DNA from: Candidatus Pacearchaeota archaeon
Lineage (GTDB): Bacteria; Patescibacteriota; Minisyncoccia; Minisyncoccales; UBA5738
Length of the DNA: 52,701 nucleotides
Assembly: GCA_035362275.1 (NCBI GenBank)
Contig: DAOSDI010000003.1
Coordinates: 1 to 52,701 of the forward strand
Direction of reading: 5' to 3'
Positions 43,300 to 51,536 of the stretch are shown piece after piece. Both the position numbers and the translations under genes were made by a program. The stretch's first letter is position 1, and the number at the start of each line of letters is the position of its first letter. A model generated the notes under the pieces. The model searched no databases. It saw only the letters and a program-made list of their open reading frames with translations, and had not been told where the DNA came from.

Positions 43300-45225
43300 A
43301 TGAAAAAAGTTGGAGAGTTGTATTGGCCGGAGGCGGGAGGGAAAAAACGGGCGTGGCTCAATTCAAAAAGTATTTATGCCGCGGCCGAAAAAAATCCGGT
43401 GAAATTTTGGGGGAATATCGCCAAGGAATTGGTTTGGCGGAAAAAATGGAAAAAAGTCTATGTTGATACGCCGCCGCGCGTGCGCTGGTTTTCGGGCGCA
43501 AAATTGAACATCACCGAAAATTGCCTTGATCGGCATTTGCCGGCGCGCAAAAACAAAGTGGCGATCATTTGGGAGGCCGATGATCCCGCGCGTCCGGCAC
43601 GGATTTTAACCTATTATGATCTTTACCGCCGGGTTAACAAGTTTGCCAACGCGCTGAAAAAAATGGGAGTCAAGAAAGGCGACCGGGTGGGGATCTATTT
43701 GCCGATGATTCCCGAGGTTATCGTGGCAATGCTGGCGTGCGCCCGGATCGGCGCGGTGCATTCGGTAGTGTTCTCCGCGTTTTCGGCGCCGGCCTTGAAA
43801 TCCCGCCTTCAGGACTCCGGCGCGGAAATCTTGATCACTGCCGACGGTTATTTTCGCCGCGGCAAGATTATTGAATTGAAAAAACAGGCCGACGAAGCGG
43901 CACGGGCGGCCGCGGTTAAAAAAACGGTGGTCGTCCGGCATGCCGGCAACGAAATCCCCTGGGACGGCGAACGGGATGTTTGGTATGAGCGAATTACGGC
44001 GGGCGAATCCGACGAGTGCGCGCCGGCGTTAATGTCTGCCGAAGACCCGCTGTTCATCCTTTATACCAGCGGTTCCACCGGCAAGCCCAAAGGCGCCCTG
44101 CACACCTGCGGCGGCTATATGGTTTCGGCCTATGCTTCCGACAAATGGATTTTTGATTTGAGAGACGATGATATTTTTTGGTCCACTGCCGATATCGGGT
44201 GGGTGACCGGCCACACTTATTCCTGCTACGGGCCGCTGTTGAACGGCGCGACATTCGTGATATTTGAAGGACTGGCCGATTATCCCGATCCCGGCCGGTG
44301 GGGACAAATGATTGACAAATACGGCGTGACGGTTTTTTACACCGCGCCGACGGCGATCAGGATGTTCATCAAAAACGGCGAGGAAGCGATTGCTCCGTAT
44401 CATTTCAGGACTTTGCGGATTCTGGGTTCGGTGGGCGAGCCGATCTCGGAAAAAGCGTGGTTATGGTATTTTGTCCACGCCGGAAAGAAAAGATGTCCAA
44501 TCGTGGATACTTGGTGGCAAACCGAAACCGGCGGAATCGTGGCCACGTCATTGTCGGGCATCGGTCCCTTCAAGCCCGCGCACACCGGCTTGCCTTTGCC
44601 CGGCATCCGCCTGCGGGTTCTGAACGAAAAAGGAAAGCCGTGCAAACCCGGCGAGGAGGGCAATGTTTGTTTGTTGCCGCCGTTTGCGCCCGGGCTGTTG
44701 CGCGGAGTATGGGGTGACAAACGAAAATTTTTGGAAACCTATTGGAGCGAATATCCGCGGAGATTGATTTATTTTTCCGGCGATTTGGGCGTCTATGGTA
44801 AAGACGGAATGTTGCGGGTGGTTGGCCGGGCCGACGATCAAATAAAAGTCGCCGGACACCGTTTGACGACCGGAGAAATGGAGAGCGCCGCCTGCACCGA
44901 AGCGGCGGTGGCCGAGTGCGCGGTGGTGGGCATTGCCGATGACATCAAGGGCGAAGTGCCGGCGGCGTTCGTGGTCCCCAAGCCGGAAAAGGATGTTTCG
45001 GAATTAAAGGAAAAAGTTATTGCCGCGATCAGAAGGCAGATCGGGCCGATTGCCGCACCGCACAAAGTTTTTATCGTTCCGGATTTGCCCAAGACCCGCT
45101 CGGGGAAGATTATCCGCCGCTTATTGCGCAAAATCATCACCGGCGAAAATCCGGGAGACCTCTCCACTTTGGCCAATCCCGAAAGCGTGGAAAGCATCAA
45201 AACCGCGGTGGCGGACGGCAAGTAG
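43300..45225 (+). CDS. acs: Acetyl-CoA synthetase (AMP-forming)
   Basis: YTSGSTGKPKG, WWQTETGG, and C-terminal PKTRSGKIIRR. Confidence 0.92.
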   Translation: MKKVGELYWPEAGGKKRAWLNSKSIYAAAEKNPVKFWGNIAKELVWRKKWKKVYVDTPPRVRWFSGAKLNITENCLDRHLPARKNKVAIIWEADDPARPARILTYYDLYRRVNKFANALKKMGVKKGDRVGIYLPMIPEVIVAMLACARIGAVHSVVFSAFSAPALKSRLQDSGAEILITADGYFRRGKIIELKKQADEAARAAAVKKTVVVRHAGNEIPWDGERDVWYERITAGESDECAPALMSAEDPLFILYTSGSTGKPKGALHTCGGYMVSAYASDKWIFDLRDDDIFWSTADIGWVTGHTYSCYGPLLNGATFVIFEGLADYPDPGRWGQMIDKYGVTVFYTAPTAIRMFIKNGEEAIAPYHFRTLRILGSVGEPISEKAWLWYFVHAGKKRCPIVDTWWQTETGGIVATSLSGIGPFKPAHTGLPLPGIRLRVLNEKGKPCKPGEEGNVCLLPPFAPGLLRGVWGDKRKFLETYWSEYPRRLIYFSGDLGVYGKDGMLRVVGRADDQIKVAGHRLTTGEMESAACTEAAVAECAVVGIADDIKGEVPAAFVVPKPEKDVSELKEKVIAAIRRQIGPIAAPHKVFIVPDLPKTRSGKIIRRLLRKIITGENPGDLSTLANPESVESIKTAVADGK

Positions 45226-45378
45226 ATAGCGGCCGAACCGCACCCGAAGCATGCCGGAATGATGCTATATTTAAACATAGCATCATAATCCGTCCCGGGT
45301 CGGTTTGCCGCCGTTTTTACCGGTTTTGGCCAAACGTATAATTGCCGCAAATTATATATATGCCGCTAACTGGTGGTT

Positions 45379-45464
45379 GTTGCCGACATCCTCACATCCT
45401 CAAGTATGTAAGGATGTTTTTTGATGAATTTTGAGTTTGATTAAGGCAACGGATATGGTAAAAT
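45379..45464 (+). repeat. Copy 1 of a ~88-bp terminator+promoter unit (partner at 46669-46757)
   Basis: ttgccgacatcctcacatcctcaag..aggatgtttt ... tttgattaaggcaacggatatggtaaaat. It contains TTGATT, a 16-nt spacer, and TAAAAT preceded by a TG dinucleotide. Confidence 0.7.
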
Positions 45465-45472
45465 ATGAGGGT

Positions 45473-45730
45473 ATGAAAGACGATGCGAATATGGCAAAAA
45501 CAATCAAATTCCGGCAGAGTTTGTTTTGGGATGTCAACCCGAAAAATATCGACCCGCAAAAGAACGCGCAATACGTGATTGAGCGGATTTTGGATTTTGG
45601 AAATGATTTGGAGGTAAAATGGATGTGGGATTATTATGACAAAGCGCTGATAAAAAAGATCGTTGACAAATCGCGCTGTTTGCGTCCGCGAACAAAAAAT
45701 TTATGGAATCTGCTTCTGAAAAATTATTAA
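45473..45730 (+). CDS. Putative antitoxin partner of the AbiEii-type nucleotidyltransferase
   Basis: A small ORF overlapping the toxin gene by 28 nt. The start is uncertain (45431 TTG, 45473 ATG or 45491 ATG). I placed it downstream of the predicted -10. Confidence 0.5.
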   Translation: MKDDANMAKTIKFRQSLFWDVNPKNIDPQKNAQYVIERILDFGNDLEVKWMWDYYDKALIKKIVDKSRCLRPRTKNLWNLLLKNY

Positions 45731-46377
45731 ATTTTGGCATTTTACCGCCACAGACAAAAAAAGCGTTTGATTTTTTGTCGTCTCAAAATTGGTTAAATGA
45801 TAGCGGCTGGTATTTGGCGGGCGGCACGGCCTTGGCATTGCAAGCTGATCATCGCAAATCGTTTGATTTGGATTTTTTCAGTATTGAGCGAAAATTTGAT
45901 ACTAAAAAAGTTTTAGAAAAATTTTCCAATAATCAGGATTGGAGAACAAGTTTTGACGAAGAAAATACAGTTTATGGCGAACTATATGGCGCCAAGGTAA
46001 GTTTTATCGCGTATTCCCTTTTTGTTCCGGATGCGGAATTTATCAAATGCGGCGCGATAAACATTTTGTCGGCGCGCGATATTGCGGTGATGAAAATCAT
46101 CGCCATTTCGCAACGCGGCCGCAAGCGCGATTTTTTTGATCTGTATTGGTGCGCGAAGAATATCGAGCCATTGGAAGAAACGATAAAACGGTTAAAAAAA
46201 CAATATCCCAGCGTTGCCCACGATTATCACCATATTTTGAAAAGCTTGGTTTATTTTGCGGATGCCGAAGACGACCCGGATCCGGAAATCAACTTTCAGG
46301 CTGATTGGGATTTGGTTAAGCGCTATTTCATAAAGGAAATGCCGCGTATTATGAGAAATATAATGCAATTGAAATAA
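45703..46377 (+). CDS. Nucleotidyltransferase AbiEii/AbiGii toxin family protein (type IV TA)
   Basis: WYLAGGTALALQADHRKSFDLDFF matches the GGTAL...R.S.D(L/I)DF NTase motif of this family. Confidence 0.8.
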   Translation: MESASEKLLNFGILPPQTKKAFDFLSSQNWLNDSGWYLAGGTALALQADHRKSFDLDFFSIERKFDTKKVLEKFSNNQDWRTSFDEENTVYGELYGAKVSFIAYSLFVPDAEFIKCGAINILSARDIAVMKIIAISQRGRKRDFFDLYWCAKNIEPLEETIKRLKKQYPSVAHDYHHILKSLVYFADAEDDPDPEINFQADWDLVKRYFIKEMPRIMRNIMQLK

Positions 46378-46541
46378 AATTTATATGGCGGAAAATTGGA
46401 GTGGATTACTCGCCGCGCCGCTTCTAATATGGAAAATAATAACCGCGGATCCGATTATTTTTGCAGTTCCGGTTTTGTTTGCAATTTTGATGGTTTTAAT
46501 GAAAATTCACAAGCATAAATATAAAAAATGGAATTATTTTT

Positions 46542-46644
46542 TTGAATTACGAAACCATTGAATTCAAACGCTATTGGAGGGGTCTAACCCCTGCGATTAC
46601 ACCGGGGTTAGACCCCGAAATACAAAGCGTTTCGTAATTCAAGG
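46542..46644 (-). repeat. Copy B (reverse orientation) of the ~103-nt palindromic element
   Basis: Its reverse complement aligns with copies A and C along the full length. Confidence 0.8.
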
Positions 46645-46668
46645 TATTTTGGTTGCTTGATGATATCA

Positions 46669-46757
46669 ATTGCCAACATTCTCACATTCTCAAGAACGTG
46701 AGAATGTTTTGTCAGGCGGGGTTTGGTTTTGATTAAAGCAACGGATATGGTAAAATT
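46669..46757 (+). repeat. Copy 2 of the terminator+promoter unit, directly upstream of ppsA
   Basis: ttgccaacattctcacattctcaag..gagaatgtttt ... tttgattaaagcaacggatatggtaaaat. Hairpin substitutions are compensatory relative to copy 1. Confidence 0.7.
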
Positions 46758-46762
46758 GTCAA

Positions 46763-49165
46763 ATGATAAATAAAAATCTTGTTTCTATGGAAAACAAACA
46801 AAAAAATGTGGTTTGGTTCAAGGAGGTGACCAAAAAGGATGTGGAGCTGGTCGGGGGGAAAAACGGATCACTGGGCGAGATGTTTTCGCAGTTGGGGCAA
46901 AAAGGCGTGCCGGTGCCCAACGGATTTATCACCACCAGCACGGCGTTTTGGCGCTATTTGGAATTCAACGGGATTGATAAGAAATTGGGAGATATATTCA
47001 ACGGCTTGGATGTCAATAACTTAAAACAACTCAAAAAAGCCAGCATTACCGCGCGAAATTTGGTTCTCAAAGGCGAATTCCCGCCGGACTTCAAGAATGA
47101 AATTCTGGCGGCCTACAAAGAATTGTCGGCCTATTATAAAACCAGAAATTTGAATGTGGCGGTGCGGTCATCCGCAACCGCGGAAGATTTGGCCGGGGCG
47201 TCGTTTGCGGGCGCGCATGAGACCTATTTGAATATTGATACGCCCGCGGAACTGCTGGACGCGGTGAAAAAATGCATTTCTTCGCTCTATTTGGACCGGG
47301 CAATCGTTTATCGCGCGGAAAAAGGATTTGACACGCTCAAAGTGGCGCTGTCGGTGGGCGTGATGAGGATGGTGCGCTCGGACATGGCCTCCGCGGGGAT
47401 TATGTTCACTCTGGACACGGAAACCGGATTCCGCAACGCGGTGCTGATAAATTCAATCTATGGCGCGGGCGAAATGATCGTGAAGGGCCATGTGGTGGCC
47501 GACCAGTTCTATGTTTTCAAGCCGTCGCTGAAGTCCGGGAAATCCGCGATAATTTCCAAAACTTTGGGCAATAAAGACATAAAATATATTTTTGACAAAA
47601 AAGTAGGCCTAAAAGAAGTGAAAGTTCTTCCCAAAGACCAAGCCAGATTTTCACTCACCGATAAAGAAGCCGAACAGCTGGCCAAATGGGCGGTGATCAT
47701 TGAGGAACATTACCAAGGGCCGCAAGATATTGAATGGGCCAAAGACGGCAAAACCGGCGAGCTGTTTATCGTTCAGGCACGGCCGGAAACCATCTATGCC
47801 GGAACGGAAATCAAGAATACCTATGAAGAATACGAGGTGAAAACCGGCGCCAAACCGCTGGTGACCGGCATTGCCGTGGGAAACAAGATCGGAGAGGGAA
47901 AAATCCATATCATTCCCAATGTCAAACAAATCGGCCAATTCAAGAAAGGCGAGATTCTGGTGACGACAATGACCGACCCGGATTGGGTGCCGATTATGCG
48001 CATCGCGTCGGCGATTGTGACCGATGAAGGCACCAAAACCTGCCACGCGGCCATTGTTTCGCGCGAGTTGGGCACGCCCTGCATCGTGGGCGCGAGAAAC
48101 GCCACCAAGGTTTTGAAGAGCGGAATCATTGCCACCGCCGATTGCACCCAAAGTTTGGAAGGCCGGGTATACGCGGGAAAAATTCCCTATACCAAAAAAG
48201 AATATGATCTGAAAACGATCCCGGAATTGCCGACAAAAATTATGCTGAATGTGGGCACGCCGGAAGGCGCGTTCAAGGCGTCTTTTCTGCCCAATGATGG
48301 CGTGGGGCTGGCGCGGGTGGAATTTATTTTTGCCGACAAAGTGAAGGTGCACCCGCTGGCGCTGATTAATTTTGCCAAGTTAAAGGATAAAAAAGTAAAG
48401 GCGCAGATTGAAAAGATCACCACCGGCTACAAAGACAAAAAAGAATTCTTCGTGGATAAGCTGGCCGAAGGGGTGGCCACGATCGCGGCGGCTTTCTACC
48501 CGAAGCATGTTATTGTAAGATTCTCCGATTTTAAAACCAATGAATACAGCGCCTTGGTCGGCGGCAAGGATTATGAACCGATAGAATCAAACCCGATGAT
48601 CGGATGGCGCGGCGCGTCAAGATATTACGATCCACGGTTTGCCCCGGCGTTTGCGATGGAGTGCGCGGCGATCAAAAAAGTCCGTGAGAAAATGGGTTTG
48701 GATAATGTGTGGGTGATGATTCCATTCTGCCGCACGGTTGAGGAGGGCAAAAAAGTGATTGCGGTGATGGAGAAAAATGGGTTAAAGAGCGGCGAGAATG
48801 GATTAAAAATTATGGTGATGTGCGAGATTCCGTCAAATGTTATTCTTGCCGACCAATTTCTGGAGATTTTTGACGGGATGTCGATCGGTTCCAATGACCT
48901 GACGCAGTTGGCACTTGGGCTGGACCGCGACGCCGGCCAGCTGTCCTATATTGGCAATGAGAATAACGACGCGGTGAAAGTTCTGGTGGCGCAGGCGATT
49001 AAGGCTTGCAAGGCGCGCGGAAAATATATCGGCATCTGCGGCCAGGCTCCCAGCGATTATCCGGAATTTGCCGAATTTATTATGCGCGAAGGCATTGAAA
49101 CGATGTCTTTGAATCCCGACAGCGTGATGAAAACCATCATCAAATTAGGCGGTTTGCAGAAGTGA
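46763..49165 (+). CDS. ppsA: Phosphoenolpyruvate synthase (pyruvate, water dikinase)
   Basis: VGGKNGSLGEM and the phosphohistidine motif GTKTCHAAIVSRELG, plus a C-terminal PEP-utilising TIM domain. The start is at 46763 or 46787. Confidence 0.93.
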   Translation: MINKNLVSMENKQKNVVWFKEVTKKDVELVGGKNGSLGEMFSQLGQKGVPVPNGFITTSTAFWRYLEFNGIDKKLGDIFNGLDVNNLKQLKKASITARNLVLKGEFPPDFKNEILAAYKELSAYYKTRNLNVAVRSSATAEDLAGASFAGAHETYLNIDTPAELLDAVKKCISSLYLDRAIVYRAEKGFDTLKVALSVGVMRMVRSDMASAGIMFTLDTETGFRNAVLINSIYGAGEMIVKGHVVADQFYVFKPSLKSGKSAIISKTLGNKDIKYIFDKKVGLKEVKVLPKDQARFSLTDKEAEQLAKWAVIIEEHYQGPQDIEWAKDGKTGELFIVQARPETIYAGTEIKNTYEEYEVKTGAKPLVTGIAVGNKIGEGKIHIIPNVKQIGQFKKGEILVTTMTDPDWVPIMRIASAIVTDEGTKTCHAAIVSRELGTPCIVGARNATKVLKSGIIATADCTQSLEGRVYAGKIPYTKKEYDLKTIPELPTKIMLNVGTPEGAFKASFLPNDGVGLARVEFIFADKVKVHPLALINFAKLKDKKVKAQIEKITTGYKDKKEFFVDKLAEGVATIAAAFYPKHVIVRFSDFKTNEYSALVGGKDYEPIESNPMIGWRGASRYYDPRFAPAFAMECAAIKKVREKMGLDNVWVMIPFCRTVEEGKKVIAVMEKNGLKSGENGLKIMVMCEIPSNVILADQFLEIFDGMSIGSNDLTQLALGLDRDAGQLSYIGNENNDAVKVLVAQAIKACKARGKYIGICGQAPSDYPEFAEFIMREGIETMSLNPDSVMKTIIKLGGLQK

Positions 49166-49230
49166 TGTGTGATTTTCTATTATTGCCTTAAACTATTTTA
49201 TGTGATAGATGAAAAGTATCATTAAAAAAT

Positions 49231-49464
49231 ATGGAAGAAGCAAAAAAAGGAGTTAAAATTAATATTCCCGATAATTTGAAAAACGGAGTTTACTCAAATA
49301 TTGCCAATATCAATGTCTCTAAAAGCGAGGTGTTGATGGATTTTATTTTCCTCGCACCCAATGAAGCAAATTTAGTTAGCCGGATTATCGTTTCGTTGGA
49401 GCATGCCAAATCCATAGAAAAAGCATTATCAAAGCTTATTGCTGAAATTGACAATAAAAAATAA
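49231..49464 (+). CDS. DUF3467 family protein
   Basis: GVYSNIANINVSKSEVLMDFIF is typical of DUF3467. Confidence 0.65.
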   Translation: MEEAKKGVKINIPDNLKNGVYSNIANINVSKSEVLMDFIFLAPNEANLVSRIIVSLEHAKSIEKALSKLIAEIDNKK

Positions 49465-49470
49465 TAATAC

Positions 49471-49575
49471 CTTGGATTACGAAACGCTTTGTATTTCGGG
49501 GTCTATCCCCGGTATAATCGCAAGGATTAGATCCCTACAATAGCATTTGAATTTAAGGATTTCGTAATTCAAAGT
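49471..49575 (+). repeat. Copy C of the ~103-nt palindromic element
   Basis: Same orientation as copy A. Aligned by eye. Confidence 0.8.
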
Positions 49576-49589
49576 AATACCATAAATTT

Positions 49590-49796
49590 ATGGAAACCGT
49601 ATTTCAGACCGGTTGTAGAAACACAAGACATTTAAGCAAAATGACGAATCATCGCGATTTTAATTATTATTGGAAAGAGGTAATAAGCGATGAGCTATCA
49701 TTTGAGGATAAATTTGAGTTAGAACAAGCCAAAGATGATATTAGAAATAAAAGATTTGCAACACATGAAGAGATTATGGATATTCTAAGAAAATAA
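49590..49796 (+). CDS. Putative antitoxin of the downstream RelE/ParE-like toxin
   Basis: A small acidic ORF 18 nt upstream of the toxin-like gene. No strong motif. Confidence 0.4.
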   Translation: METVFQTGCRNTRHLSKMTNHRDFNYYWKEVISDELSFEDKFELEQAKDDIRNKRFATHEEIMDILRK

Positions 49797-49814
49797 TATT
49801 TAAATAAATGACTT

Positions 49815-50096
49815 GTGGGTTATAGGCCGATATATTCAATCAAATTTAAGAAAAATGTTGAAGATTTGGCGGGGAGGGATGACAAGATAAAGGATGGTTT
49901 GGCAAAAGCCATCCCGTTTATTTTGGAAAAGCCTTATTATAAATCAGAAAAAGTCAAAGGCGAGAATGGCGGTTTAATGCGCAAGCATATCTGCGCCAAT
50001 AACTTTCGGATTTTTTATTATGTTGATAAAAAAAATAAAAAAGTTACTTTTGCCATGTTAAGGCCAAAAAACAAAAACACTTATAAAAATTTATAG
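49815..50096 (+). CDS. RelE/ParE-family toxin-like protein
   Basis: 93 aa and basic. FRIFYYVDKKNKKVTFAMLRPK resembles the YRIIY..d....v.il.i.hR core. The start codon is GTG. Confidence 0.6.
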   Translation: MGYRPIYSIKFKKNVEDLAGRDDKIKDGLAKAIPFILEKPYYKSEKVKGENGGLMRKHICANNFRIFYYVDKKNKKVTFAMLRPKNKNTYKNL

Positions 50097-50127
50097 CAGA
50101 TGATTGGCAGAAATAAAAAAAGCAACT

Positions 50128-50310
50128 TTAAGTTGCAAATTTGTGTCCGATATATGAACCCGCAAATACCAAGCCGCAACCGAAAGCTATCACTATAATT
50201 GCGAGCTTGTCGCTTTTAATGATCATATTGAAATTTAGGATTACTATTGTTAGGTATAACAGAAATCCTGCGACCGAACCCACTATAACCATAGGATAAA
50301 TCCGGATCAC
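50128..50310 (-). CDS. Small two-TM membrane protein
   Basis: A hydrophobic 60-aa ORF with a weak start context. Confidence 0.4.
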   Translation of the reverse strand: MIRIYPMVIVGSVAGFLLYLTIVILNFNMIIKSDKLAIIVIAFGCGLVFAGSYIGHKFAT

Positions 50311-50465
50311 CTCGCTTTGAAGATATAAAAAAAATTGATTTTGTCAATGTCTGTGGGGTATTGGTTTGGAAATTGATTCATTGTCGCCGCCTTTGGCGTG
50401 ATCCCGCCGCGGCGGGAAAAATTCAATGAAAACTGGAAATTAGAAATTGAAAATTATCCAAATTT

Positions 50466-51455
50466 ATGTTTGACGTAATCACTTTCGGGTCGGCGGCATG
50501 GGACGCCTATATGGATTTGCCGCCGAAATTTGTCAAGAAAAGCGCGCATTTTACGCCGGCCAAGGATCTGGTTTTTGATCTGGGATCAAAAATTGACGTT
50601 CCCGGCACGCGGTTTGCTTTTGGCGGCGGCGGAATCAACACCGCCCGGACGTTTGCGGCGCAGGGTCTTTTGACGGCCTATTGCGGCATGGCCGGCGATG
50701 ACATTCCCGGGCGCGAAGCGGTTGCTTATTTGAACGAATTGGGGATTGATACCGGATTTCTTTCCAAAACGGCGAAAAAGGCCACCAATAATTCCGTGGT
50801 CTTGAACGCTCCCGGAACGGACCGGGTGATTCTGGTCTATCGTGGCGCGTCCGAACTTTTGGCCGCGGAAAACATTGATTGGCAAAAATTGAACGCCAAA
50901 TTGTTCTATCTGGCACCACTATCGGGGAAGCTGTGCCGCCTGACGGAGCGCATCACTCTGCACGCGAAAAAACAGGGCGCGGTAGTGGCGGCAAATCTGG
51001 GCAATTCCCAACTGGCGATGGGGCGCGCGTGCATCAAAAGCCTGCTGGCACGCATTGATGTCTTGATTCTCAACCAGGAAGAGGCGGCGACAATGACCGG
51101 CGTTGATTATGCCGATGAAGCCGGTATCATCAAAAAAATTGTCCATATGCATTCGGGGATCAGCGTGATTACCAAGGGTGAAGACGGTGCGGCGGTGGTT
51201 GCCGGCGGCAAAATTTACGAAGCAAAATTGAAAAAATTCAAAATTGCCAACATCACCGGCGCGGGAGACGCTTTCGGTTCGGGGTTTATGTCGGGAATGC
51301 TGGCGTCGGGCAACAATATTGAATACTCAATGAGGTTGGCGCTGATCAATGCCAAGCATTGTTTGTTATCGCGCATCCCCGAGGGCTTGCCCGCCAGCCG
51401 GACTCTCCGTTTGATTGAACAAGAAAATATCAAGATCAAGATTCATTCGCTTTGA
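50466..51455 (+). CDS. PfkB-family carbohydrate kinase (ribokinase-like)
   Basis: GGGGINTARTFA and the anion-hole motif TGAGDAFGSGF. Confidence 0.85.
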   Translation: MFDVITFGSAAWDAYMDLPPKFVKKSAHFTPAKDLVFDLGSKIDVPGTRFAFGGGGINTARTFAAQGLLTAYCGMAGDDIPGREAVAYLNELGIDTGFLSKTAKKATNNSVVLNAPGTDRVILVYRGASELLAAENIDWQKLNAKLFYLAPLSGKLCRLTERITLHAKKQGAVVAANLGNSQLAMGRACIKSLLARIDVLILNQEEAATMTGVDYADEAGIIKKIVHMHSGISVITKGEDGAAVVAGGKIYEAKLKKFKIANITGAGDAFGSGFMSGMLASGNNIEYSMRLALINAKHCLLSRIPEGLPASRTLRLIEQENIKIKIHSL

Positions 51456-51485
51456 TTTTGCGGTCGAAGCGTCTGGCTTTTCCGG

Positions 51486-51514
51486 AAAAAAAGAACCCCG
51501 CGGGGTTCTTTTTT
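51486..51514. terminator. Bidirectional terminator aaaaaagaaccccgcggggttctttttt
   Basis: An 8-bp GC-rich stem flanked by an A-run and a T-run, between convergent genes. Confidence 0.75.
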
Positions 51515-51536
51515 GTTAAATCGCGAGGAAAGGCCA

